This document shows, one piece after another, positions 9,725 through 18,187 of a stretch of DNA of 62,837 bases. Every line of letters starts with the position of its first letter. Within the stretch, counting starts at the first letter, position 1. The position numbers and the translations under genes were made by a program. Origin of the DNA: an uncultured bacterium (GTDB lineage Bacteria > Fermentibacterota > Fermentibacteria > Fermentibacterales > JCC-6); NCBI GenBank assembly GCA_964604135.1, contig CAZRXU010000003.1, forward strand, positions 1 to 62,837. The letters run 5' to 3'. The notes beneath the pieces were generated by a model. That model made no database searches and had not been told where the DNA came from. It saw nothing but the letters and a program-made list of their open reading frames with translations.

Positions 9725-11041
9725 ATGTCAAATACAATTATTGAACAGGCACGCACGGGTAAAGCAGACAATGCTGTGCTCCTTGCGCTTAAAAATGAAA
9801 GCCTATGTGTTGAAGATGCTCTCAGGGAAATAGCTGCTGGCCACGCCGTTGTTCCGTCTAACAACACCAGAAATATCTCATCTCCGTGTATCATAGGCGG
9901 TGGAAGCAAAATAAAGATAAATGCGAACATAGGCAGTTCAATGGATCACGAGTCTGTAAAAGAGGAACTGGAGAAACTGAAGATGGCTGTTTCCTCCGGT
10001 GCACACACAGTTATGGATCTTTCTACAGGAACAGGCTGGAAAACTATTCTCAAAAGTATTACTGTAGCCAGCCCGGTTCCTCTTGGAACTGTACCTGTTT
10101 ATCAGGTCTTCGGAGTTGCCATGGAAGATGGTCGTGATGTAGCAGATGTTCCAGCTGAAGAGATTTTCTCCGCCGTGGAGGATCACTGCAAAGCCGGTGT
10201 AGACTATCTTACACTGCACTGCGGGGTTACAAGACGATCCGTGGCTCTCCTTCGGGAACAGGGGCGTAAAATGGGAATTGTTTCACGAGGTGGCTCTCTT
10301 ATGGCAGAGTGGATGGAGAAACGGGGCGAAGAGAACCCGCTGTACTCCGGTTTCGACAGGCTGACTGAAATCCTCAGGGAATACGATGTTACATTTTCTC
10401 TGGGTGATGGTCTGCGCCCCGGTTGCATCGCCGATGCCGGAGACAGAGGCCAGATTGAAGAACTTGTTTCCCTTGGAGAACTTCAGAAGAAGGCTTTATC
10501 TGCAGGTGTACAGACCATGATCGAGGGTCCGGGCCATGTTCCAATGAATCAGATAGCAGAGAATATCAGAATTCAAAAGAGCCTTTGCGGTGGAGCTCCC
10601 TTCTATGTTCTAGGTCCTATAGTCACGGATATTGCACCTGGCTACGATCACATCACCAGTGCCATAGGAGGGGCAATAGCCGCATGGAACGGAGCAGATT
10701 TCCTGTGCTACGTAACTCCGGCGGAACACCTGAGGCTGCCGGATATAGATGATGTGAGAACGGGAGTTATTTCTGCCAGGATTGCAGCGCACGCAGCTGA
10801 TATCGCAAGGGGAATTCCAGGAGCCATGGATCCAGACAACGCCATGGCTGAAGCAAGAGCGGCATTCGACTGGAAGCAGCAGTTTGAAATAGCCATGGAC
10901 CCTGTAACAGCAAGAAACTTCCGTGACGAAATACTACCGGAAGACCAGGATGTCTGTTCAATGTGCGGACATCTCTGCGCTCTTAAAACAAGCCGCAGAG
11001 CTATGATGGAAGATGAAGAACAGAAGCTTGTCCGGGAATAG
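9725..11041 (+). CDS. thiC: Phosphomethylpyrimidine synthase ThiC family (short type; a BzaA/B/F paralog is not excluded)
   Basis: KINANIGSS, TVMDLSTG, GTVPVYQ, SRGGS, SLGDGLRPG, EGPGHVP, PFYVLGP, CYVTPAEHL and the Fe-S motif CSMCGHLC. Confidence 0.88.
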   Translation: MSNTIIEQARTGKADNAVLLALKNESLCVEDALREIAAGHAVVPSNNTRNISSPCIIGGGSKIKINANIGSSMDHESVKEELEKLKMAVSSGAHTVMDLSTGTGWKTILKSITVASPVPLGTVPVYQVFGVAMEDGRDVADVPAEEIFSAVEDHCKAGVDYLTLHCGVTRRSVALLREQGRKMGIVSRGGSLMAEWMEKRGEENPLYSGFDRLTEILREYDVTFSLGDGLRPGCIADAGDRGQIEELVSLGELQKKALSAGVQTMIEGPGHVPMNQIAENIRIQKSLCGGAPFYVLGPIVTDIAPGYDHITSAIGGAIAAWNGADFLCYVTPAEHLRLPDIDDVRTGVISARIAAHAADIARGIPGAMDPDNAMAEARAAFDWKQQFEIAMDPVTARNFRDEILPEDQDVCSMCGHLCALKTSRRAMMEDEEQKLVRE

Positions 11042-11057
11042 ACATTGAGTAATAGTT

Positions 11058-12284
11058 TTAGCTTCTTACCATCGCGTCAGAGTAGTAAAGTGAAGACGGA
11101 ACTATGGGAAACTCTACCCTCGTTCTGTATACCACAAACTCGTCCGGATCCCACCTGAGACACTGGAACACCTCTGCAAGCATGTCGGAGTACTTGGGGA
11201 TCAGAGGTGTATAGGCACAGCTTGTACCCGTACCTATCATCATGGGTTTCACATCCATGGGAATTCTGTCTCTGTCTGAACGATAAGCCAGCGCACCTCC
11301 ATGGGTGTAGTAATCAAACAACATTTTGGCCTGGGGATTGCCGGACATGGTTTCCGCCATTGTTTCGTGGAAAAACAGGTCGAGAACCAGGTTCTGAACC
11401 GGGGTGTATATTTTTACCGAAACCTCGTGATGCTCTTCACCCTCTTCAGGTTTAATCGGAAAAATACCTCTGGAAACCGTTCCTGTAACTGTGTCTATCA
11501 GGTTGGTGTTTCCCAGAGGCCCGTCTTCGAGCTCGTAAACCGGGCCACAACTGTGGGAAGTAACTGTTTTCAGTGAGGGCAGTGGCATGCTGCAGTACCT
11601 TTCCAGAAAAGGCACCTTGTCCATAAGGCTGCACGTTGCTCCCGGGTCTATTGAATCTGTAAATACATGCTCTTCATGCTCGTTTCCGGCAAAAAAGCAT
11701 GGCGTATCTATAACCCATTTAACACCAGGTCTGTTTCTTCTTACATCAAAAAGACCTTTGACCTCTGCCACATCCAGCATTCCCTCTTCCATGGACGGTC
11801 CGAATATCCAGGCATCAAGCTGTGTTTCTGCCTGAAGACCCAGCAGATGACTCTGGGCATAGTACGCCTGCTTCCTCAGTGTGTTGTAAGCCTGGTCTTT
11901 TCCATCGCGGGAACTTGCCATAAGCATCATGTCCATAGACTGACGGTCTCCTGAATGTATTTCTATTATATCGTAAAATTCCTCAACGGCCTTCAATGCA
12001 ACATCAAGATAGCTCTTATCTACACCTTTTGCTTTGCAGCTTTTTATAAAACGGCTGAATGAATGCTTTCCTGGCACAAATTGTGCCGCGAAAAACAGAT
12101 CGTCTTCGTGGATTATCTTGTAAATTCTCCAGCCAAGCTTCTTGTCGAGACCCAGCACCTGATACACATCATGTGGACTGTCTACTCTTTCAGGCAATTT
12201 GCTTACAACAATACCAATGGATTTTCTTAACCCAAGTATGGTTCTTGTAACATCTTCCTGAAACCGGGTAACTACATCAGTCAT
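11058..12284 (-). CDS. Uncharacterised 408-aa cytoplasmic protein with a possible N-terminal HTH
   Basis: Long ORF with GGTGGAAAG before ATG; HDVYQVLGLDKKLGWRIYKII looks HTH-like; no enzyme motif recognised. Confidence 0.75.
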   Translation of the reverse strand: MTDVVTRFQEDVTRTILGLRKSIGIVVSKLPERVDSPHDVYQVLGLDKKLGWRIYKIIHEDDLFFAAQFVPGKHSFSRFIKSCKAKGVDKSYLDVALKAVEEFYDIIEIHSGDRQSMDMMLMASSRDGKDQAYNTLRKQAYYAQSHLLGLQAETQLDAWIFGPSMEEGMLDVAEVKGLFDVRRNRPGVKWVIDTPCFFAGNEHEEHVFTDSIDPGATCSLMDKVPFLERYCSMPLPSLKTVTSHSCGPVYELEDGPLGNTNLIDTVTGTVSRGIFPIKPEEGEEHHEVSVKIYTPVQNLVLDLFFHETMAETMSGNPQAKMLFDYYTHGGALAYRSDRDRIPMDVKPMMIGTGTSCAYTPLIPKYSDMLAEVFQCLRWDPDEFVVYRTRVEFPIVPSSLYYSDAMVRS

Positions 12285-12331
12285 TTCTTTCCACCTTATG
12301 TGTTTATCTGCTGCAGCGGTACACAGACAAT

Positions 12332-12970
12332 CTAAAATATTCCATCGAAAAGGTCATCCCCGGTTGTTGAAAGAACCTGTAGCTCCCTCTGGCCACCTGC
12401 AAGAAATATTTTTTTTTCCTCCAGTATTTCCTTTATCCGCCGGTCATTGAATGCCAGTCTTTTCTTCAAGTCTGAAGCAGTAAGAACTGTGATATGGAGT
12501 TCTCTTGCTGCTTCCCTTGAAAACTCCACTGTACATGCACGAACAGCGTCCATGGCAGTATCACCAATAACCATCAACTTCACCGGCGAATTGTCTCCTG
12601 CGATTCCGCCAGCATAATCACCGTATATGAAAGCCATTCCCAGCTCATCAACACAGCTATCCAGGTCAGTTTTTAAGAGGTCAATCAAACCTGTCGTCTT
12701 AGAAAATATTGACCTCAGCTCTTTGTATATAAGGTTGTTTGTGTTGGCTCTGTAGTGTACCTGATTGCCGACACTTACACGGGTAATTATCCCTGCATCT
12801 GAAAGGCGTTTCACTTCCCTCTGAACTGCTCCTCTTCCGCTATTAAGAAATCTGATCAGTTCAAGCAGGTAAAATGTGCGCCCGGGATTGAGCACAAAAG
12901 TAGAAAGAACCTTTCTGCGAACCTTTCCGAAAAGGCTCTCTCCTATCAATTCGTTAGGGTTATTACTCAT
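12332..12970 (-). CDS. Winged-helix plus minimal nucleotidyltransferase-fold protein with a degenerate catalytic motif
   Basis: LFGKVRRKVL...NPGRTFYLLELIR...RGAVQREVKRLSDAGII...GNQVHYRAN (wHTH), then AFIYGDYAGG...SPVKLMVIG where the family usually has YGS.A.G....SDIDL. Start placed at ATG 12970 (alternative 12985). Confidence 0.75.
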   Translation of the reverse strand: MSNNPNELIGESLFGKVRRKVLSTFVLNPGRTFYLLELIRFLNSGRGAVQREVKRLSDAGIITRVSVGNQVHYRANTNNLIYKELRSIFSKTTGLIDLLKTDLDSCVDELGMAFIYGDYAGGIAGDNSPVKLMVIGDTAMDAVRACTVEFSREAARELHITVLTASDLKKRLAFNDRRIKEILEEKKIFLAGGQRELQVLSTTGDDLFDGIF

Positions 12971-13005
12971 ATTGGGTATATTCATACCGATATGGGGTAT
13001 GTCAA
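12969..13005 (-). promoter_or_regulatory. -35 box TTGACA overlapped by direct and inverted repeats (probable operator)
   Basis: TTGACA on the minus strand at 13005-13000; plus-strand ATATTGGGTAT (12969-12979) and ATATGGGGTAT (12990-13000) repeat with a 21-bp period; CATACC-N7-GGTATG inverted repeat at 12983-13001. Confidence 0.55.
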
Positions 13006-13019
13006 TACTCCAAGTTGCT

Positions 13020-14264
13020 TCAGGATACTATTCCGTTTTCTCTTCCAACAGCAACAAATGCCTGTATTGCTCTGTCAAGCTGCTCCCGTGTATGGGCTGC
13101 GCTCAGCTGCACTCGTATTCTTGACTGCCCCAGCGCTACAACAGGATAGAAGAAACCGATTGCATAAACACCGTGCTCCAGAAGATCGTTTGCAAACTTC
13201 TGCGCCAGCACTGCATCGTTTTCGTAACCCCCGAACATAATCGGAACAATTGCGGTTTCTCCGTCGATGATGGAAAACCCAGCTTTCCTGATTCTATCTC
13301 TGAAATAGTTGGCATTCTCATGAACTCTGTCGCGCAGCGCGGTGCTTTCTGTGAGCATATCGATTGCCTTTATTGTTGCGCCAACCACTGCGGGAGACAC
13401 TGTATTAGAGAAAAGGTAAGGCCGTGACATCTGTCTGAGCCAGTCAATTAGTTCCTGCCGACCGGAAGTACAGCCACCGCTTGCACCACCAAGAGCCTTC
13501 CCGAAAGTTGTTGTTATCAGGTCAACACTGCCCATAACACCGTAGTGCTCGTGAGTGCCTCTGCCTGTTGCTCCGATGTACCCGGTGGCATGACTGTCAT
13601 CAACCATCAGCAGAGCATCGTACCTGTTGCAGAGATCAACAATCTTATCCAGTGGAGCAATATCACCGTTCATGCTGAAAACCCCATCAGTTGAAACCAT
13701 GCGATAACTGCAGCTCTGTACCTCTTCACTTGAAAGAATCGCTTCAAGACCGGGAAGATATTTGCCATCAAAACTGTATGTGCCTGTACCTGTTTGATTG
13801 TGGCTGTAGATGTACCTCTTTGCTTTGCAAAGCCTTACTCCTGAAATAATAGAAGCATGGTTCAGCTGATCTGCTATTATTGCGCTGTCTGAATCAAGAA
13901 AAGGCTCGAATATTCCTGCATTGGCATCGTAGCAGGCCGCATAGAGAATTGTGTCATCAGTACCCAGGAATTCAGATACCTTTGTTTCGAGCTCTCTGTG
14001 TATATCCTGCGTGCCGCAGATGAATCTCACACTTGAAAGCCCGTAACCCCTGCTGTCGATTGTGTCTTTTGCGGCCTGACGTATGTCGGGATGATTTGAC
14101 AGCCCCAGGTAGTTGTTTGCGCAGAAGTTAAGTACATTCCTCCTGGAACCGACTTGTATCTCTGTACCCTGTGGAGAGGTTATAATTCTCTCTTCCTTTA
14201 TAAGCCCTTCTGCTCTTCTTTTTTCGATCAGATCTGTGATATCACTGTATATTTTACGAGACAT
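13020..14264 (-). CDS. kbl: Glycine C-acetyltransferase (2-amino-3-ketobutyrate CoA ligase)
   Basis: LNFCANNYLGLS, SVRFICGTQDIH, CYDANAG, DQLNHASII, DDSHATG, TTFGKALGGASGG (PLP Lys), SRPYLFSN, FFYPVV...RIRVQLSAAH. Confidence 0.93.
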   Translation of the reverse strand: MSRKIYSDITDLIEKRRAEGLIKEERIITSPQGTEIQVGSRRNVLNFCANNYLGLSNHPDIRQAAKDTIDSRGYGLSSVRFICGTQDIHRELETKVSEFLGTDDTILYAACYDANAGIFEPFLDSDSAIIADQLNHASIISGVRLCKAKRYIYSHNQTGTGTYSFDGKYLPGLEAILSSEEVQSCSYRMVSTDGVFSMNGDIAPLDKIVDLCNRYDALLMVDDSHATGYIGATGRGTHEHYGVMGSVDLITTTFGKALGGASGGCTSGRQELIDWLRQMSRPYLFSNTVSPAVVGATIKAIDMLTESTALRDRVHENANYFRDRIRKAGFSIIDGETAIVPIMFGGYENDAVLAQKFANDLLEHGVYAIGFFYPVVALGQSRIRVQLSAAHTREQLDRAIQAFVAVGRENGIVS

Positions 14265-14377
14265 TGTGTTTCCCTTCTCTGTATGAAACAGACATTCTGT
14301 CCGGTCTTACAGACAGATACAGCCCCGATTATACAATCCCCTGAACAGGAATACCATGTACCGTTGTATCTAGCTGT

Positions 14378-14386
14378 ATTATAACA
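14378..14386 (-). promoter_or_regulatory. Candidate extended -10 promoter for kbl
   Basis: TGTTATAAT on the minus strand ~115 bp upstream of the kbl ATG; a second TATAAT lies at 14328-14333. Confidence 0.4.
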
Positions 14387-14434
14387 CGTTAGAATCTGAT
14401 AGCTCTATTCAGTTCATCAAGGTAGAACTTGCGG

Positions 14435-16597
14435 TCAGTTAAATTCAGGCCAGATTTGTGTGTAGATGTCATAGTTATGACTGACTATTTCCACATACTT
14501 CTTGGTTTCATTGTATGTGATGCGACTGAAGAACTCTTCCGTTGAAACAGTTCCCCATCCCCACCTCAGCGCATTGTGCGGCCCGCCATTGTAACCTGCG
14601 AGGGTTCCAGGCATGTCCCAGTTGAAATCTTCTCCATACCCGCTTATACACGCAGTACCGTAAAGAATGGATGTGGCCGGATCGTACAGGATGTCCGGCG
14701 TGTATGAATCCTGCCATCCGTGTTCAATGGCAACGTATTCCGAAGTACTGGGTATCATCTGAATCAGCCCTCTAGCCCCTGCTGTAGAAAAACAGTCCGG
14801 TTGAAAAGCACTCTCCTGCTTCATTATGGACCACAGTAGTTTTGGATCCATTTTGAAGCGAGCCGTTACCTCTGTAACATCATCTGTCCATGCTGCAGGG
14901 TAACGAAGCCTCCACAGTTCAAGTGGCCGATTGTCGCCTTCAAGGCTCCATATCTGCCACGCCGCAGACGGCCCTCTTTCCCAGACATCGTTCTCCAGAT
15001 AAAAATCAGCCAGTCCATATACACTGCCCACTTCTTCCTCTGCAAGGCGAAAAAGATCCAGAGCCCATTTTCTGCACCCGGCCTCAAGAAGAACAACCCC
15101 GTCAACAGCACTTTGCGGAGGAGCTGCTGCTGGCTTTCCGTTCCTGGTCATCCAGATATCAAGAGGCTCATCTGTGTAAAACAGGCGCCACTCCTGAATG
15201 CCCAGATACTGTCTGGCAAAGGTAGCTGGAAGACTGAACGGTTTGTCGCTGATAAGCCTTTCCAGCACTTCTCTTCCAGATTCATCACCCGACTGAAGCT
15301 TAAGTACTCCGTACCAGTATCTTGATGATGGTCTGTAAACACTCTGTGTCCATCTGCTGTTGAACTCGCCAAAGGCCCCGATTGCTTCGGCAGTTCTTCC
15401 AGTTTTCATAAGAGCAAGGCACCTGTAGAACTGAGCATCATCTACCGTTGTGTTTGCGGGATATCTGGCTACAGTTTCTGCAAAATAAGGAATGGACCGT
15501 TCCCAGAAACCATTCTCGGCAAGAAGGCTGCCCCTGTACCAGGGAAGATTGCTTATTCGGCTGTGGTTCGGCCATGTGTTTTCGTAGTAATCAAGCCACT
15601 GCATGGCCTGATCAACAAGCCCCAGAGCAGCCATATCACGAGCCATATAGATACATGCGTTTGCTGCATCACCGCCGTGGGGCCATTTCTCCAGATAATC
15701 ACTTAAAATACCCACAGCAAGATCATGTCTTCCGAGCCGGTCTCTGGTTCTTCCTCCTAGATAAACCACATGCGAAGGCGGAGAAACAGAATTCATCGCC
15801 AGATCATAAACCTCATTCCACAAACCGCCGCTGTAAAAAGCATCTACCACCATACTCGAGAGGGATGAATCTGCAAGAAGAGTGTCACGCAACACCTGGT
15901 ATGCTGCGGCATGTATATCTCCTGCCGGCCACAGATTGAATGAATCGACAAAGTCGTTGATACCGTAAACGCCCCGTGCCATACCCCGATAATGGTAAAT
16001 TTTTGATTTCAGTATGTCATCTTCATACTCAAAAGCCGTGTTCCAGCACTGCCGCTGCAACTGAATATCCCCCGAGCCAAGTGCGGCCCTGTATGTTGTA
16101 ATAAGTCTGTCTTTTTCTGCTGTTCCCGGCAACTCCGAATGAATCATCCACAGAAACTCCAGTGCATAGACAGGATCGGTTACCACAAGTGACTCGGCAG
16201 CCATAAGAGCTACATAATCTGGAAGAACAAACCTGCCAGCCACCAGTCCGGACATTATGTCAGGAGCAATCCTGAAACCGCCGGTTCTCAGCGCCCTGAA
16301 GGCTGTGGTCTTTCCTGGAGTTTCCAGCAGAAGCCTGGCAACAACAGCTGATTCAGAAACTGAAGCATCTGAAGCCTTTTCGGCAAGCTCTGCTCTTCTC
16401 TCTGAACCTGGCTGAAGAAGCAGAGCAGCCGACGAAAACATCAACGATGCCGCTTCTCCATCTCCTGCAAGAAGAAGTGAATCGCCTGCGGCTTCCATCT
16501 GAAAACTTCTTTCAATTCCGCTTACAGAATCCGGAGAATCCGACACAGTGCCGCAAGCTAGAATTGCAAAAAAACAGACAACTATTATCTGCTTCAA
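14435..16597 (-). CDS. Lipoprotein with TPR repeats and a C-terminal soluble lytic transglycosylase (Slt-like) domain
   Basis: TTG start, lipobox ILAC; TPR/BamD-like AQFYRCLAL, SRYWYG; SLT motifs SIMKQESAF (catalytic Glu), GARGLIQMIPST, AGYNGGP, ITYNETKKYV. Confidence 0.85.
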   Translation of the reverse strand: MKQIIVVCFFAILACGTVSDSPDSVSGIERSFQMEAAGDSLLLAGDGEAASLMFSSAALLLQPGSERRAELAEKASDASVSESAVVARLLLETPGKTTAFRALRTGGFRIAPDIMSGLVAGRFVLPDYVALMAAESLVVTDPVYALEFLWMIHSELPGTAEKDRLITTYRAALGSGDIQLQRQCWNTAFEYEDDILKSKIYHYRGMARGVYGINDFVDSFNLWPAGDIHAAAYQVLRDTLLADSSLSSMVVDAFYSGGLWNEVYDLAMNSVSPPSHVVYLGGRTRDRLGRHDLAVGILSDYLEKWPHGGDAANACIYMARDMAALGLVDQAMQWLDYYENTWPNHSRISNLPWYRGSLLAENGFWERSIPYFAETVARYPANTTVDDAQFYRCLALMKTGRTAEAIGAFGEFNSRWTQSVYRPSSRYWYGVLKLQSGDESGREVLERLISDKPFSLPATFARQYLGIQEWRLFYTDEPLDIWMTRNGKPAAAPPQSAVDGVVLLEAGCRKWALDLFRLAEEEVGSVYGLADFYLENDVWERGPSAAWQIWSLEGDNRPLELWRLRYPAAWTDDVTEVTARFKMDPKLLWSIMKQESAFQPDCFSTAGARGLIQMIPSTSEYVAIEHGWQDSYTPDILYDPATSILYGTACISGYGEDFNWDMPGTLAGYNGGPHNALRWGWGTVSTEEFFSRITYNETKKYVEIVSHNYDIYTQIWPEFN

Positions 16598-16755
16598 CTG
16601 GAGCCTGTCCGGGAATAGACATTGAGCAGTAGCGCCTCACGGACGAGATGGAAAGCATGCCGATTAGAGGAGAATAGCAGCGCTATTTGACGATGATTGG
16701 CGTGTTTTGCAGCCGTTCGTGTGGTGTCTAATGCCGATGTTGTATTTTCGGTCAT
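16594..16755 (-). CDS. Putative 53-aa small protein bridging two genes
   Basis: ATG 16755 to TGA 16594 (MTENTTSALDTT...VYSRTGSS); fills the gap, starts 3 nt after the upstream stop, and its TGA overlaps the TTG start of the slt-like gene. Confidence 0.3.
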   Translation of the reverse strand: MTENTTSALDTTRTAAKHANHRQIALLFSSNRHAFHLVREALLLNVYSRTGSS

Positions 16756-16758
16756 GCT

Positions 16759-18174
16759 CTAGTTTTTTTCCTCCTGACCGTAACCGGCCAATTCCTCTTT
16801 AATATCTGGATGTTCAGGAGCGCTGCGTAGAGAACTCTCCAGCAATTCCACAGCTTCTGCATGTTTACCGACGGCAGCGTATGCCCGGGAAAGAGCAATC
16901 ACGGTTCTTACAGACATATCTGTTTCCGGAATAGCATTCTTGAGAAACTCTATGGTTTCTTCTGCTCTGTCTGTTTTTACCATAAGCATACCGAGACCGG
17001 ACACTGCCAGTTCAAGATCTGGTGTTATCTCCAGTGCCTTGCGGAACAAGCTTTCTGCCTCTTCCATCTCCTCCATGGCAGCTTTGAGGTGAGCGGTGTT
17101 GCACAGAAGCTCAGAGTTCTCCGGGTCCAGGTTCAGGGCCTGGCTGAAAAGAGCCTCGGATTCTGTGTACTCCCCGCGGTTGAAGTGGCCAATTGCTCTG
17201 GTATTCAGATCTGTTACCCTGTTCTCTTCAGCCCTGTCCACAAACCTTGCAGTAAGATCAACCATCTGATTTGTCATATTCGTGTTCATCTTCAAACCCT
17301 TTTCAAGCTCTTCCTTGATTGACTCAAGAGATTTGCCGGATTCGTTGATGTTTTTCTCGGTTTTGTCTAGCATCGCACCTGTGTTTTCAGACAGGGTTTT
17401 TATTGCTTCGGAAAGGTCTCCACCCATCTTGTCTATCCTGTCCGGGACGGCTTTCACAACCTCCAGAACCTGTACCCCTGAAGATGCCAGCTGTTCTTTT
17501 ACCTCTGCCATACCTGTTGTAATGGTATCGATATACTGTCTGTCACTGGACGTTTTCAGTATTTCTTCAAGTTTGTTGTAAACCTCAGTGAGTTTGTTCT
17601 CTACTGTCTCCATGGGGTTCGAAGAATCAGACTCCTTCAGTTTTTTAAGAGAATCACTCATCTCTGAGGGAAGCTTCTCAAACGAAGCGGAAAGACCCTC
17701 AAGAATAGGTTTCAGGTCGTCCATCGCCACTGTTTTTCCCACTGCAGCCGACACTGCATCAATCTTCTCGATCACAGGAGCCATATCTATGATAGAGGCC
17801 GTTTCGCCGCCACCTGTCTCTTTGATGGATGGGAGAATTTCGTTTGAAAGAACTGTCTCAATAGCTTGCAGTTTTTCAACAACAATATCAGATACTCCGG
17901 AACTATCCGGTGCTGTTTCAGAAGGCTTCTTCTCCAGTACCGCTTTCAGCTCGTCAAACTTTTCCAACAGGGGAGTCATGTCGGCTGCAGCAACTTCTCC
18001 AGACTGCTTCTGTTCTTCTGCTTTCAGTGCTGGAGCTATATCATCTGCGAGAACAGAATGAATAGCATCCATTTTTTCTCCCAGTACTTCTATTTTCCTG
18101 CCAAGCCCCAGCACCACTTTCCCAAGCTCCATAAGGAGCTGCTCTGTGGTCAATCCAGCGGAATTTTCAGCCAT
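16759..18174 (-). CDS. Coiled-coil/helical-repeat protein with C-terminal TPR repeats
   Basis: Heptad-rich N-terminal ~310 aa; TPRs RAIGHFNRGEYTESEALFSQALNLDP, AESLFRKALEITP, AVELLESSLRSAPEHP; GAGGA RBS. Confidence 0.8.
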   Translation of the reverse strand: MAENSAGLTTEQLLMELGKVVLGLGRKIEVLGEKMDAIHSVLADDIAPALKAEEQKQSGEVAAADMTPLLEKFDELKAVLEKKPSETAPDSSGVSDIVVEKLQAIETVLSNEILPSIKETGGGETASIIDMAPVIEKIDAVSAAVGKTVAMDDLKPILEGLSASFEKLPSEMSDSLKKLKESDSSNPMETVENKLTEVYNKLEEILKTSSDRQYIDTITTGMAEVKEQLASSGVQVLEVVKAVPDRIDKMGGDLSEAIKTLSENTGAMLDKTEKNINESGKSLESIKEELEKGLKMNTNMTNQMVDLTARFVDRAEENRVTDLNTRAIGHFNRGEYTESEALFSQALNLDPENSELLCNTAHLKAAMEEMEEAESLFRKALEITPDLELAVSGLGMLMVKTDRAEETIEFLKNAIPETDMSVRTVIALSRAYAAVGKHAEAVELLESSLRSAPEHPDIKEELAGYGQEEKN

Positions 18175-18187
18175 GTTTTCCTCCTAT

